A DNA stretch of 63,056 nucleotides, counting the filler, from Octopus bimaculoides (Eukaryota): assembly GCF_001194135.2 (NCBI RefSeq). It is 6 parts of 5 records of this genome, joined end to end, with 100 filler letters (N's around TTAATTAATTAA, not from the genome) between each part and the next. Parts side by side here need not be neighbours in the genome. Positions count along the whole stretch, not along the records: positions 19,447 to 33,899 come from NC_069002.1; positions 34,000 to 44,894 come from NC_068981.1; 4 more parts are not named here. The stretch is one strand, 5' to 3'. Every line of letters begins with the position of its first letter. The first letter of the stretch is position 1. Positions 24,380 to 35,984 of this stretch are shown one piece after another. A program made the translations under genes and the position numbers. Below the pieces are notes generated by a model that had not been told where the DNA came from, ran no database searches, and was given only the letters and a program-made list of their open reading frames with translations.

Positions 24380-24745
24380 ACGTTTTGGAACAAGGCCAGC
24401 AATTTCGGGAGAGGATGTAAGTCTATTTTAACGACCCCTGTACTCAACTAGTACTTATTTTATCGACCAAGGAATGATGAACGTCAAAGTCGACCGCGGC
24501 AGAATTTGAACTCAGAATGTAAAGACGGACAAATACCACACGTGCTAACGATTCTTCCAGCTAACTGCAATTTTATAGACAAATATTGACGTGAAATTTT
24601 GGCACAAATCTAGCAAGTTCTGCATAGGGGTTTAAGTCAATTGGTACTCATTTCATCGACTCTGTAAGAATAAAAGGCAAAGTTGAATTCGGCGGAATTT
24701 GATCTCAGAATGTAAAGACAGAAGAAATACCGCTAAGCATTTTCC
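24380..24745 (-). mobile_element. Two adjacent SINE family B copies (~24380-24567 and ~24595-24745)
   Basis: Each has GGCACAA/GGAACAAGG...GGTACT...ATCGAC...CAAAGT...GAATTTGA-CTCAGAATGTAAAGAC. Confidence 0.78.
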
Positions 24746-25701
24746 AGTCGACTTTGTATAAACGAATATTATTATCCTTTTTCTACGACTGTGAAATGCA
24801 TTGCGGTGGATATTTGGCTGTCATTTATATAATACAAAAGCAGCACGAAAGGATTTATTAGTCCACAGGTTAATAAATGATCGATATAATTTTCTGGAAT
24901 TATATCAAGAAGATAATGCAAGTGAGATTTGTTAATCGTTTCGTCTACTTACCGTAATACAACAGCAAATTGCAAAAGGCGTGAGTTATCACACTCACTG
25001 CAGTGGTCGACCATGATAAATCTGCCAATGCCTAGTGATAATTCTTCGCTTCCTTAAGCTCTTTAACCTTATGACTCACCCAAGTACAATTTCAATATTA
25101 TCATTTCTGAATATGAAAAATATAGTACGACACAATAACGGGATTTATATAGCATCATACAATAGCATGATTTACGTAGTGCCACTGAAGTGCGGAGCTC
25201 ATGTCGTACCATTCAATAGCAGAATTCAGACAGTACCACTAAAATGATGCTCACCTCACTATTCCTCCTCATGATCAGTTTGAATAGATATCTTAACTAG
25301 AGCAAAGTTTGAAGGCGATATTAGCAATTTTAATACTTTGTAGTGGGTAAGCAAATATGAAATAAGAGTTGCTAGCCAAGGACAAAAACCACGTTACACA
25401 GAGTAATAGATAAATTCAAGGAGAAATTAGATAAACTTGTTACAGTACCATGGCCAAGTGATTACTTCTTTTACTTCAGTAATCTAATATAAGAAATATT
25501 TCAATCACGAAGCAACAAATATGCAGTTTCCAACTGAATCAAGAATCGAAACCGTAATATTCGTATAAACAAATAAAAATAGATGCCCTTCTGAGAGGAA
25601 TCAATACACTAACAAATTTGTACGTCAAACGTTTAATATGCTTCTATCGATAGTTATAATATTTTAACCCATTATAAACATGCATGTATAAATATATATA
25701 T

Positions 25702-25746
<45 letters not shown>

Positions 25747-25841
25747 TATATATATATAGGCATATATATATATATATATATNNNNNNNNNNNNNNNNNNN
25801 NNNNNNNNNNNNNNNNNNNNNNNNNNNNNNNNNNNNNNNNN

Positions 25842-25887
<46 letters not shown>

Positions 25888-26780
25888 ACTCGGTTATACT
25901 ATTTTTATGTAATATCGCAGTTATGATTACTGTTGTTGCTGTTGCTATTCTCGTCGTCGTTGGTGTTGTTGTTGTTGTTTTTTTAGTTAATGGTGGTGGT
26001 GGTTACATCTCTTTGTTTACATCGCTAATGCATCTCCAGACAGTTTTTCATACACTTTTACATCTCATATATGCGATACTATACTGTTTTTCCTTTTTAC
26101 CTTCATATGATTTCTTTTTTAATTATTATCAGATGTTATTCCTCTAATTAAAACACGTCCAAAATTAGTGTAATATGTAAATTTTCTTTGTTATTAACTA
26201 ATTTATTATCTCTAATTTTTCCCCCTCCCAAAATTTTATATTTTATATATTTATCCTCCCAAACAGTTTTCCAATGCTGTAAAATTATTTCCTCTTTCTA
26301 TTATAGTTATAATTATTTGATGTGTTTTTGTATAATCCATCCTAGTCATTATACCATATTATATTATATTATAATATTTTTTCCCTACACTGAGATATCG
26401 ATTTGCTTTAGTTTGCTAAATTTTGACACGCTTCTAAAACAGATCTTTTCTATTTTCTTTTCCTGATTTCCCCCTCTCTATCCTCAACTTATTTTTCCCC
26501 ATCTCAATTGCGTTCAAATTTAATGTGATATAAAGTGCTGGTTTAAAATCTCCCGTTTTATTTTTTTCAACTCCCCGCTTTTTTCACATAGTTATGTTAT
26601 ATGTTATTGTTGGTCTTATTGTTATTGATACTTTCCGAATATTTTTATCCGTTTCTATCCATATGATTTTCCTCTTTGCCTGTGAGTCCATTCACCTTTC
26701 ATTATATATACATGTATGCATACACGCATTAATGCATACATGTATGTCTATGTAAATATGCACCGATGGAATGGAGTAAC

Positions 26781-26834
<54 letters not shown>

Positions 26835-28469
26835 ATGCATACATGTTCCAAATTTGCGCTAGAAGTAACTCAATAATATAACCATTGTAAATAGCACATA
26901 CTTAATACATGTGGGCTGTGAAACGCTTCTGGCTATGGTATTACATTTGGAAGAGATCATGTTAGAAATGTACGTAGTTAAACACACCAAACTGTTCTGG
27001 GTTAGGCAAAACGAAACCTCCGTCCAAGTAAGCCAAAAAGGACAGATATCGATGCTTCGTGGTGTTTCTTTTTTATTCCTTTGCTCATTAGTCCTTCTAC
27101 TGAAACCTTTCCGAAACGAAATCGAAATATCAGCCTCAAACTCTTCTCTACTTGTGCAGTGCTGAATAGAAGAAATCGAATCAATAAATTTATTTTGCTT
27201 CGTATCAAAACAAAAAATAAATATACGAAGAAAGAATTAAAAGATGACTACATTATGTATTTATAGTACAGGGTCTTCAAATATGTCTCCGAAGAAATTC
27301 TCTCCCCGTTGATAACGTGTTCCTTTACAAAAATCATCCAGTGTAAATGACAGCGTGTACTGTACCTAACATAGTTTCTAACTCATCACCAACGCTTGCG
27401 GACTAGTTCGTGGCTTTTACAATAAATGTTCTTATAACAGAGCAGTTATTAAAAGGAGAACTACCATGGTAGTTTCTTCTTTTTCTGAAACAACTTTCTC
27501 ATTGTCTCGTTTTTCTATTGGTAAACAGCTAAAGCATTACAATTAACAAGAAAATAGGGAAAAAAATGTCTTTAAACTGTGGACTGTCTTCTATTTTCTC
27601 GTCTTAATTTGATTGAAAGGTGAATTTAACATAATTAACTTCAGTCTAGAGTTTTACTGCGCCGATGATTCCCAGTACAAATGAAATAGTGCTATTTGTT
27701 GTCACCAACATCACCATAGACTTCAGAAATTTATTTCATTTTGCATAAAATAAAAGAATTAAATGATATCAAACTTAAGAAGAAACGATACAGAATCTTC
27801 AAATTTGCCTGAGAGAAAATTCGCTCTGTTTTGATGACAAGCTTCTCGTCATATATATATATATATTAATAATATCAAGGGTAATGAGAAATATTAGAAA
27901 TTTCTACTACCAATGGCCTAGCGTTTAAAAATTTAGTCCATATACTATATATTATTCATATAATACAGTGTACATTTAGACACATAAGAGGTATCCACCA
28001 TAGGACTCCTTGCACGCTAGAAAGAACAGGTAAGTTCGAAACCGCTATTTGGGATAAAACCAAAATTTTACGATCACGAGTCAAAAACCGCAAACCACTG
28101 TGTCACCATCCACTCCCAACCAATGAAGAACGTAAACGAATTCTTATATCGTGAGTTACTCGGAGTAGAGGAGATGGTAATTTTAACCTTCATACTTGCA
28201 AGTGAATGTATGTTTGTGTATGTGCGTATGTGTGTATCTGTTAGTGTATATATCTGAGTACGTGGGTGAGTGTGCGTGCGTGAGCCTATGTAGATTTTTA
28301 AGTGTATGATTGTGAGTATGCCATCGTCAGAGAGTGAGTGTATGGCTGTACATTTTTTGGTGTACGTTAAGGAGCTGATGTGTCTGTGTATGGTTTGGTG
28401 TGCGTATGGGTGTTGTGTATCTTTGTAAATTAATGATTATGTATGAATGCATGGATGTGAGTTCGTCTG

Positions 28470-28500
<31 letters not shown>

Positions 28501-29139
28501 TGGTTGTATGTATGTATGTGTGTGTTCATATATGTTTGTATAGGTGTTGTGTATGATTGTGATATAACGATTATGTGTGAATATATGGATGTGAGGTTGT
28601 GTCTGGTGTGTGTGTGTGTGTGTGTGTGTGAGTATCTATGTGTATGTGTTTGCTCATCTATGTTTGACTCTTAATGTCTCTTAAAACTCTTGTGTTTTCG
28701 ATGTCCAAGAAACTTTCCATCTTTTTACCCACGAATTCATTTGACAGGAGTGCTATAAGAAAACGCAAGTTAAATTTCTGCAGGCAAGGCGCTGATAGTT
28801 CGATAGATATACGGACATGCTTAACATCGTCTTTAACAGATATAGGACAAAAAAAAAAGAATAAAAATATAAAAAAAACGAAAAAACAAAACACTATAAT
28901 TTGTGTCGACTTCATATAAGACTAGAATTGAAAGTATTTATATACATGGGAGCACTCTGCAGATACAGGTATGGCATAATGTTGTATTTCGTTTGAAAGT
29001 TCTAGCGCTTCCTGTTGGGTTTCTTTCTTTTTGTATCAATTAATTCGCATCAAAGACGGTTTTCTCTTAAAACAGTGTCTTCAAATATTGAGCCATGCTG
29101 TTCTTTGCAATTGCAACTCAGTTGAACTGTCTGCGTTCT

Positions 29140-29595
29140 AAACATTATTATTTAGCATCGTCGTCATCGTCGTAATTATCATTATCGTTACTCTTGTTAT
29201 TTGGTATTATTTTTCTCGTTTGTGTCCTTCGTTTTCGTTCACGTTCTCTACTTCTCGTTTTTCTTCTGCTTTTTCTCTTTTCCTCATCGTCTTCTTCTTC
29301 TTCTTCGTCTTCTTCTTCTTCTTCGTCTTCTTCTTCTTCTTCTTCTTCTTCATAGTCCTCTTTTTCTTCTTCTTCCCCTTCTCCCTCCCTCCTGCTTCTT
29401 CTTCTCCTTCCTCCTCCTCCCTCCTCCTCCTCCTCCTCCCTCCTTCTCCTTTNNNNNNNNNNTCCCTCCTTCTCCTTTTCCCTCCCTCCTGCTCCTTCTT
29501 CTTCTCCCTCCCTCCTCTTCCTCCCTCCTGCTCCTTCTTCTTCTTCTCCCTCCCTCCTCCTCCTTCTTCTTCTTCTTCTATTATTATTATCGTCC
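29140..29595. repeat. Polypyrimidine (TTC/TCC)n low-complexity tract
   Basis: Direct inspection. Confidence 0.95.
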
Positions 29596-30194
29596 GTTGA
29601 TATTGTAAATTGAATTAACTGACATTCTGCTCGGCAATGCAATCTCCAATCACGACAAATCTAACTTTGATCTTTATCTCTCTCGAGGGACAATAACCAC
29701 AATTTTACCTAAAAATTTAAGGCTAAATTATATCACTGTTACATTAGTATGGAATTTACCCGACTATATAACTGGTTCTGATATTGATTCATTCCACTGT
29801 AATAAGAATTAGATGAAGATCAAACATGTAAAGCCCTCAAGTCGTCGGATGTATTACATGCTATATTACGGTCCGTTCTGAAATGCAACGAAAACAAGAA
29901 CAATAGTGGAAGCAGCAACACGCAACATCGGAACCATTGAATTAATGAGGAACGATTTAAGCGGAGGCGTTTTTGGCAGAACTATCGGAGCAACGAAGTA
30001 TGAAGCTTTGTATTATTTCTTCCATTACTCGATTTTCTAACTACGAAATAGCGGCGAGGTCAGCTTTGCTTTTCGTACCTTTATGGTCAGTTACAGATAA
30101 TAGCAACCTAGTGCTGCGAATTAATGGCATCGAGTTACCCTCTACCTACAAAATTGTTAGCGTTGTTCCTAAATAATAAATAATTACCATAAAG

Positions 30195-30420
30195 GAGGTG
30201 AGCTTGCTGAAACGCCAGACAGAGCATGAAAATAGCTAAAATATTGTCTTGTAGTGTTTCGTCCGGATTTTTTGCTTTATATATATACATGGTCAAATCT
30301 AACCGATATCTACTTTTTATTTCGTCCTTCCGAGGTCGATAAATCAACTTCACCAGTGTACTAGAGGTGATAGTATCGACAAATTCTCTCTCAAATTGCT
30401 TGCGCTTTACCTAAAATTAA
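30195..30420 (+). mobile_element. SINE family B, diverged
   Basis: AAGGAGGTGAGCTTGCTGAAAC...TTCGTCCTTCCGAGGTCGATAAAT...CCAGTG. Confidence 0.6.
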
Positions 30421-30929
30421 AAAGAGGTATTTTTTATTATAATCTTGTTACTGTTGCTGTTATTGTTGGTGATGATGTTGTTCGTGCACGTGCTGTTGTT
30501 GTTTTTCTTGATGTTGCTGTCCCCATTGTTGTTGTTCCGTTTATGTATTTGTTTTGTATTACACTCTCAGAAATTAAATCTACGATTCGCAATTTAGCCA
30601 TGACTATATTCACTGTTGTTTCTGTCCTTCCAACGCTCCCTTCCTTCCTTCCTTCGTTTCATCTCCCCAATCCAGCTATCCTTCCATCCATTCATCCGTC
30701 CATCCACCCTCCTCATCCACCCGTTTTGTCCATTTGTTTCTTATGTTTGCATAGCTATATAAAGCATATACGCACACCCTGTTGCATACGTACGTGTAAC
30801 TCCAGACACATCCCAACGCTTGCGATAATAATACTTGATAACTACAGTAAAACTTATTGTTACAGTATCAATGTGAATAACTCTCATAAAACCTGAAAGT
30901 CAGGCTCAAAGACGCCTGTAGATGGCCTT

Positions 30930-33030
30930 AGTGATGATGATGATGATGATGATTATGGTGGTGGTGATGGTGGTGGTGGTGGTGGTGACTGTATCGGTAG
31001 CCGTGACGGTGGCATCACAGAGACGTTTGATCTTTATGCACGGCACAACATAAACTATATTCCTACGTTTCGTGGTTCGGATATGAAGTACGGTGTGGCG
31101 GCGGCGGAGTGGGCGTTGTGGGGGGGGGGCTATCGGCTCTTTCTATCAATATCAGATTCATTGGTACCGACACCGAATGTGGCTGTGGCGGTGGCGTTGG
31201 GAGGTGGTGATGGGAGGTGGTGATGGTAGCCGTGGTTGATGATGGTGATGATTATGGGGGTGATGTATGTTGGGCTGGAGGAAGAAGAGTCTGCTTTGTT
31301 GTTGGTAGCGCGGTGAATTTTATTTCCGTTCTTGTCGCCGCTGGAGTGGTGGCCAGAGGGATTATAGTAGGAGCTGTATTAGTCGTAGCAGAATTATTAT
31401 TATTATTATTAATAGTAGTAGTAGTGGTGGCGGTGGTGGTTTCTGTTGTTACTTGTGGAAGTGGCGGTGGTGGTGTGGATGGTAGGTGTTCTGTTCAAAT
31501 TGCTGGTAGTTTTCTCGCTGTCTTTGTGATAGCTGGTGGCGGTGGTGGTTGTGGTGTTGTTGACGGGTATAATATTTGTGGTGGTGATTGGTGAGCCCTT
31601 GATATGCTGGTGGTAGTAACATTGGACGATTTGGTTGTGAAGGAAGTGTTACTGCAAATGTTGGAGGTGGACGTGGCGTTGGATGTGGAGGTGACGTTGG
31701 AGGTGGCGCTAGAGGATATCTCAAAGAATTTGGTTTACAATGCGTTGTGATGTTGTTATTGTTGTTGCTGTCGTCGTAGCCGTTGCTGCTGTTGTTGTTA
31801 TTGTTGTTGTTCGAGTTGATGGTCATGATAATATTGGAGGTGGTGGTGGTGTGAATGATGGATGTCTTCTTGGTTTTGATGTGTTTACTGGTGGTAATAG
31901 TATTTGTTGTATTCCTGTTGTTCTTGTTGATAGCCATAATAACAATTGTGGCTGTGGTGGTGGTGGTGGTGGTGGTGGTGTAGGATGAGATGTTAGCAGT
32001 GGCGACGGCGGCGATAATCGTAGCATGGTGGTGGCGATAGTGCTGTTGTTGCTGCTGTTGGTGATGGTGGTGTTGGTGGTGGTTCAGTGGTGGTGTGGGA
32101 GGTGGTGTCAGCAGTGGCGAAGCCAGTGGTGGTGGCAGCAGCGGTGATGATCGTGGTGATGGTGGTCGAAGTGGTGGTGGCGATGGTGTTGTTGTTGTTG
32201 TTGGTTATTTTGGTGGTTGTGGTGGTGGTGGTGGCGATGGCGGTATACTTACAGTTAGTGGCCTACTGTCTGTTTTGATATTGTTCATGTTGGTGGGGTT
32301 GATGGTGGAGTGTCTGTAATGATGGTAAGCATTTTGTGGGTTTGTTTGTTGTGTTTGTAAATCTAGATATTTTAATGGTGTTTATGAGTGTTTGGTGGAG
32401 AGGGTAAATACAGTCCCTTATGTTCTATAGGCAAATATTCTTGTATTGGNNNNNNNNNNNNNNNNNNNNNNNNNNNNNNNNNNNNNNNNNNNNNNNNNNN
32501 NNNNNNNNNNNNNNNNNNNNNNNNTGGTGGTGGTGGTGGTGGTGGTGGTGGGTTCGTTAATGTTTTGACGGGAGAAACCGAAAAAGGAGTGGCAAGCTGG
32601 GTGTGCACATCATATGCTGTTGTTTATGATTATGATGGGGAAGAGGATAACGTGTATAATGATGATGATGATGAGTTGGAGGAGAAGGAGTTGGAGGAGA
32701 AGGAGGAGGAGGAGGACAGTTATGGTGATGATGATAATGATGATAAATATGATGATGTTAATCATGATCAGAAGGCGGATGATCACGAGTTGATGATTTT
32801 GTTGTGACGACGAGGTTGAAGATGATGATGACGATGATGATGATGAGGGGGTGGAGGAATGATGTGGCTCTCGACGCGTCATTTCGTCATCGTTATTCTT
32901 GTTTCAGCTATCGTTATGGTCAGCGCCATTGCTGTCTTTGTTGTTGTTGTAGTGGCCAACGCCACCGATGTTCCTCTTGTTATTGCTGTCACTGTGGTGG
33001 TCACTGCCAGCGCTGTTGCTCTTGTTATTG
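30930..33030. repeat. Degenerate (GGT/GTT/GAT)n tract, possibly partly coding on the minus strand
   Basis: Trinucleotide-periodic G/T-rich sequence. Minus frame open from 32204 to 31449. Confidence 0.8.
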
Positions 33031-33094
33031 TTGTTCTTTAACTCCAAGTCAACCGAGATCGAGAACACTAAGTATCAAACACGTTCCAATTCCG

Positions 33095-33535
33095 ACTTTT
33101 CTCTCTCCCTCACTTCCTCTCTCTCTCTCTCTCTCTCTCAGTCTACCTCATTACCTTTCTTTACCTTTGTATTTTAGTTTCTCTCTCTCTCTCTCTCTCT
33201 TAGTCTCCCTCTCTTTTAGTCTCTCTCTTTAGTCTCTCTCTCTCTCGAGCCCCTTTCTTTCTCTCGCTTTATAGTTCAGTATTTCTCTCACATTTTATCC
33301 TTCAATCTCTCTCTCTCCCTCTCTACCTCTCTCAATCTCTGCCTTTCTTCGTCTCTATGTCTCTCTCTCACTCTTACTCCTTCTCTTTTTGTTTCTCAGT
33401 TCCTCCCTCCCGTCCTCTCTCTTTCTTCCTTCCTCTCTCTCTCACTTTCTCACTTTCTCTCCCCGTCTCTTTATCTCTCTGTCTTCATCTCCAACTCTCT
33501 CTTTCTAATTCTCTCCCTCCGTCTCTTTCTCTCGT
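33095..33535. repeat. (CT)n-rich polypyrimidine tract
   Basis: Direct inspection. Confidence 0.95.
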
Positions 33536-33857
33536 AATCCGTCACAATACATAACACATCGAGGTATGTGTTGTTACGTGTTATGTATTTGTTTTATAGT
33601 GGTTTTGAAAAAGATAGTTGTCTGATGTTATTCGCTCGTCGAGTGACTCCATACCGGTCAGCCACAGTAAAATGTGTTCAGCACAAGGCCATAAAACAGT
33701 AGTAAAATACTTTACTGACAGAAATTGGAATACAAACGTTTTGGAAGCGAAATCTGCTGAAACTTTCATACGACAAAAACAAAAACAAAATTCAACACTC
33801 ATCACCGGACACACACACACACACACACACACACTCGTGCGCCACGGATAAACTCAT

Positions 33858-33899
<42 letters not shown>

Positions 33900-34059
33900 N
33901 NNNNNNNNNNNNNNNNNNNNNNNNNNNNNNNNNNNNNNNNNNNTTAATTAATTAANNNNNNNNNNNNNNNNNNNNNNNNNNNNNNNNNNNNNNNNNNNNT
34001 TTCACGGGTCCAGCTAGTGTTATATGAATATATGTGTGCATGTGTGTGTGTGTGTGTGT

Positions 34060-35790
34060 ATATCATCATCATTATTGTTTAACATCCATCATCTGTGCAT
34101 GCACAGGTAGGATGGTTCACAACACTGGCTAGGTAGAAAAATTACCCTATGCTACTGTGTCTGTCTTAGCAGGATTTTTACGGCTGAATGCCCTTCCTAA
34201 CACCAACCACTCTGCAGAGTGGACTCAGTGCTTTTTACGTGGCACTAGTACAGGTGACGTTAGTTTTGGCATGATTTTTACAGCTGGATGCCCTTCCAAA
34301 TGCCAACCACTTTACAGTGTAGACTGGATGCCAGGGTCACCATACAACTTGCATGACAAGGAATTGTGATAGGGGCAGGGGCATTTGAGGAGGGGAACTT
34401 GTGTCCAAGGATGAAAGGTTAAAGGGTGACAAAGAGACAGAGAGGCAGAAATAGGTGTGCTGTTGTAAAGGAGATACATAGCTAACCAGCCAGAGGGAAG
34501 AGTGAAAGAAAGAGAGAGAGAGAGTAGGAAACAGCAAAAGTGTAAGAGAGAGCAGAAGAGAGATGCTGAAGTGCCAGGGTATACTCACAAGTAACAAGGA
34601 TCAGAGCATAGATGTAAAGAAAACAGAGGTATGAAGGTTGTAATATATGTGGTCAGGTGTTGCCAAGATGGTGCAAGTAGGGAGTGGGGATTGCAGTGAC
34701 TGGTAAAAACCTGGGTAGAAGGCAGTGAAGGGGTTTGGAAGAAAATCATAGTTTATGAAGAGTGAGGAAAAGAAAGCTACTGTTTAGAAGAGATGTAGTT
34801 TGGTTTCTTGGGGTAGGGTGTGTGAAAAGTTAGTTGTTACATGTGGGTGGGACACAACTCTTCTAGCACTCAGTTTCGCTGATGTGGGCAGGTCTTCTCT
34901 AGAACCTCATATCGCCAAACATCTTGGTCCATTGTCATTTCCTTTGTGAGCCCCAACATCCTAAGATCAGTCCTCACCACTTCATCCCATGTCTTCCTGG
35001 GTCTCCCTCTTCTATAGATATCATCCACTCTCAGTGACAGGCACTTCTTTATACAACTTTCTTTACACATACGCATCACATGTCCAAACTAACGCATTCT
35101 TCTTTCCTGCACACCACATTTTATCACTCTTATACCTAACTTTTCTCTCAACACAGTTGTGCTTTGTCAGTCATGCACACTGATGTTTCAAATCTAATGG
35201 AGCATACTACCTTCATTCCTCTCCAATGATGCATATCCACTGCACTCAGAGCCCATGGCTCACTACCATGTAATATAGCCGTTCTCACATAGGCATTACG
35301 CAATCTGCCTTTCACTCTGAGAGAGAGAGTCCTTCTGCTGTCAACAGAGATAGTAGCTCTCTGAATTTCCACTATCCTATTCTTATTCTAGAAACAATAC
35401 TTTCAGAGCATCTACTACCTTTACTAATTTCTTGCAAACAACAACTTTAATCTTTGCTAAATTAACTTTAAGGCCCTTTGATTCCAGGTTTTGCTTCCAA
35501 ACACAGAGCTTCTCCAATTCTGTTTCAGATTCTGCAATTGGAGCAAGATCATCAGTATATAGCAGTTCCTATGAGCATGCAATTTTGAATTTCTCTATTA
35601 TGGCCTTGAGAACTATGATGGATAAGAGTGGATTAAGAACTGATCCCTGGTGAACTCCAACTTGTATGCTAAATTCATCACTGTATTCAAGGCCAACTCT
35701 CACCTTACTGACAGCATCACAGTACATGGCTTGTACGAGTCTAACAACATACTCCTCTGCTCATAGCTTCCTTCCTTAGAGACCACCAGA
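34060..35790 (-). mobile_element. RTE-clade LINE, 5'-truncated (RT C-terminus + 3' UTR + (ATC)n tail)
   Basis: HQGSVL...KSGL...HAHRNCYILMIL (decayed ELLYADDL), LSLRVKGRLRNAYVRTAILHGSEPW, RRGRPRKTWDEVVRTDLRMLGLT. Family D tail at 34060-34330. Confidence 0.9.
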
Positions 35791-35984
35791 TAAGAGAGTA
35801 GGAAACCCTGTTGAAAGCTTTCTCCAGGTTAAGGAAGGCTAAGTACAATGGTTTACCTTTTGGCCAAATATTTTTCTTGCAACTGTCTCACTATGAATAT
35901 GCCATCTGTAGGACTTCTCCCTGGAACAAAACCAAACTGCATTGCATGTGGCTTAATTCTATCCCTAAACAGTTAATATATATA

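Noticed and set aside
29148-29642. Glu/Arg-rich ORFs
   Set aside because: Polypyrimidine repeat, open in several frames, no complex sequence.
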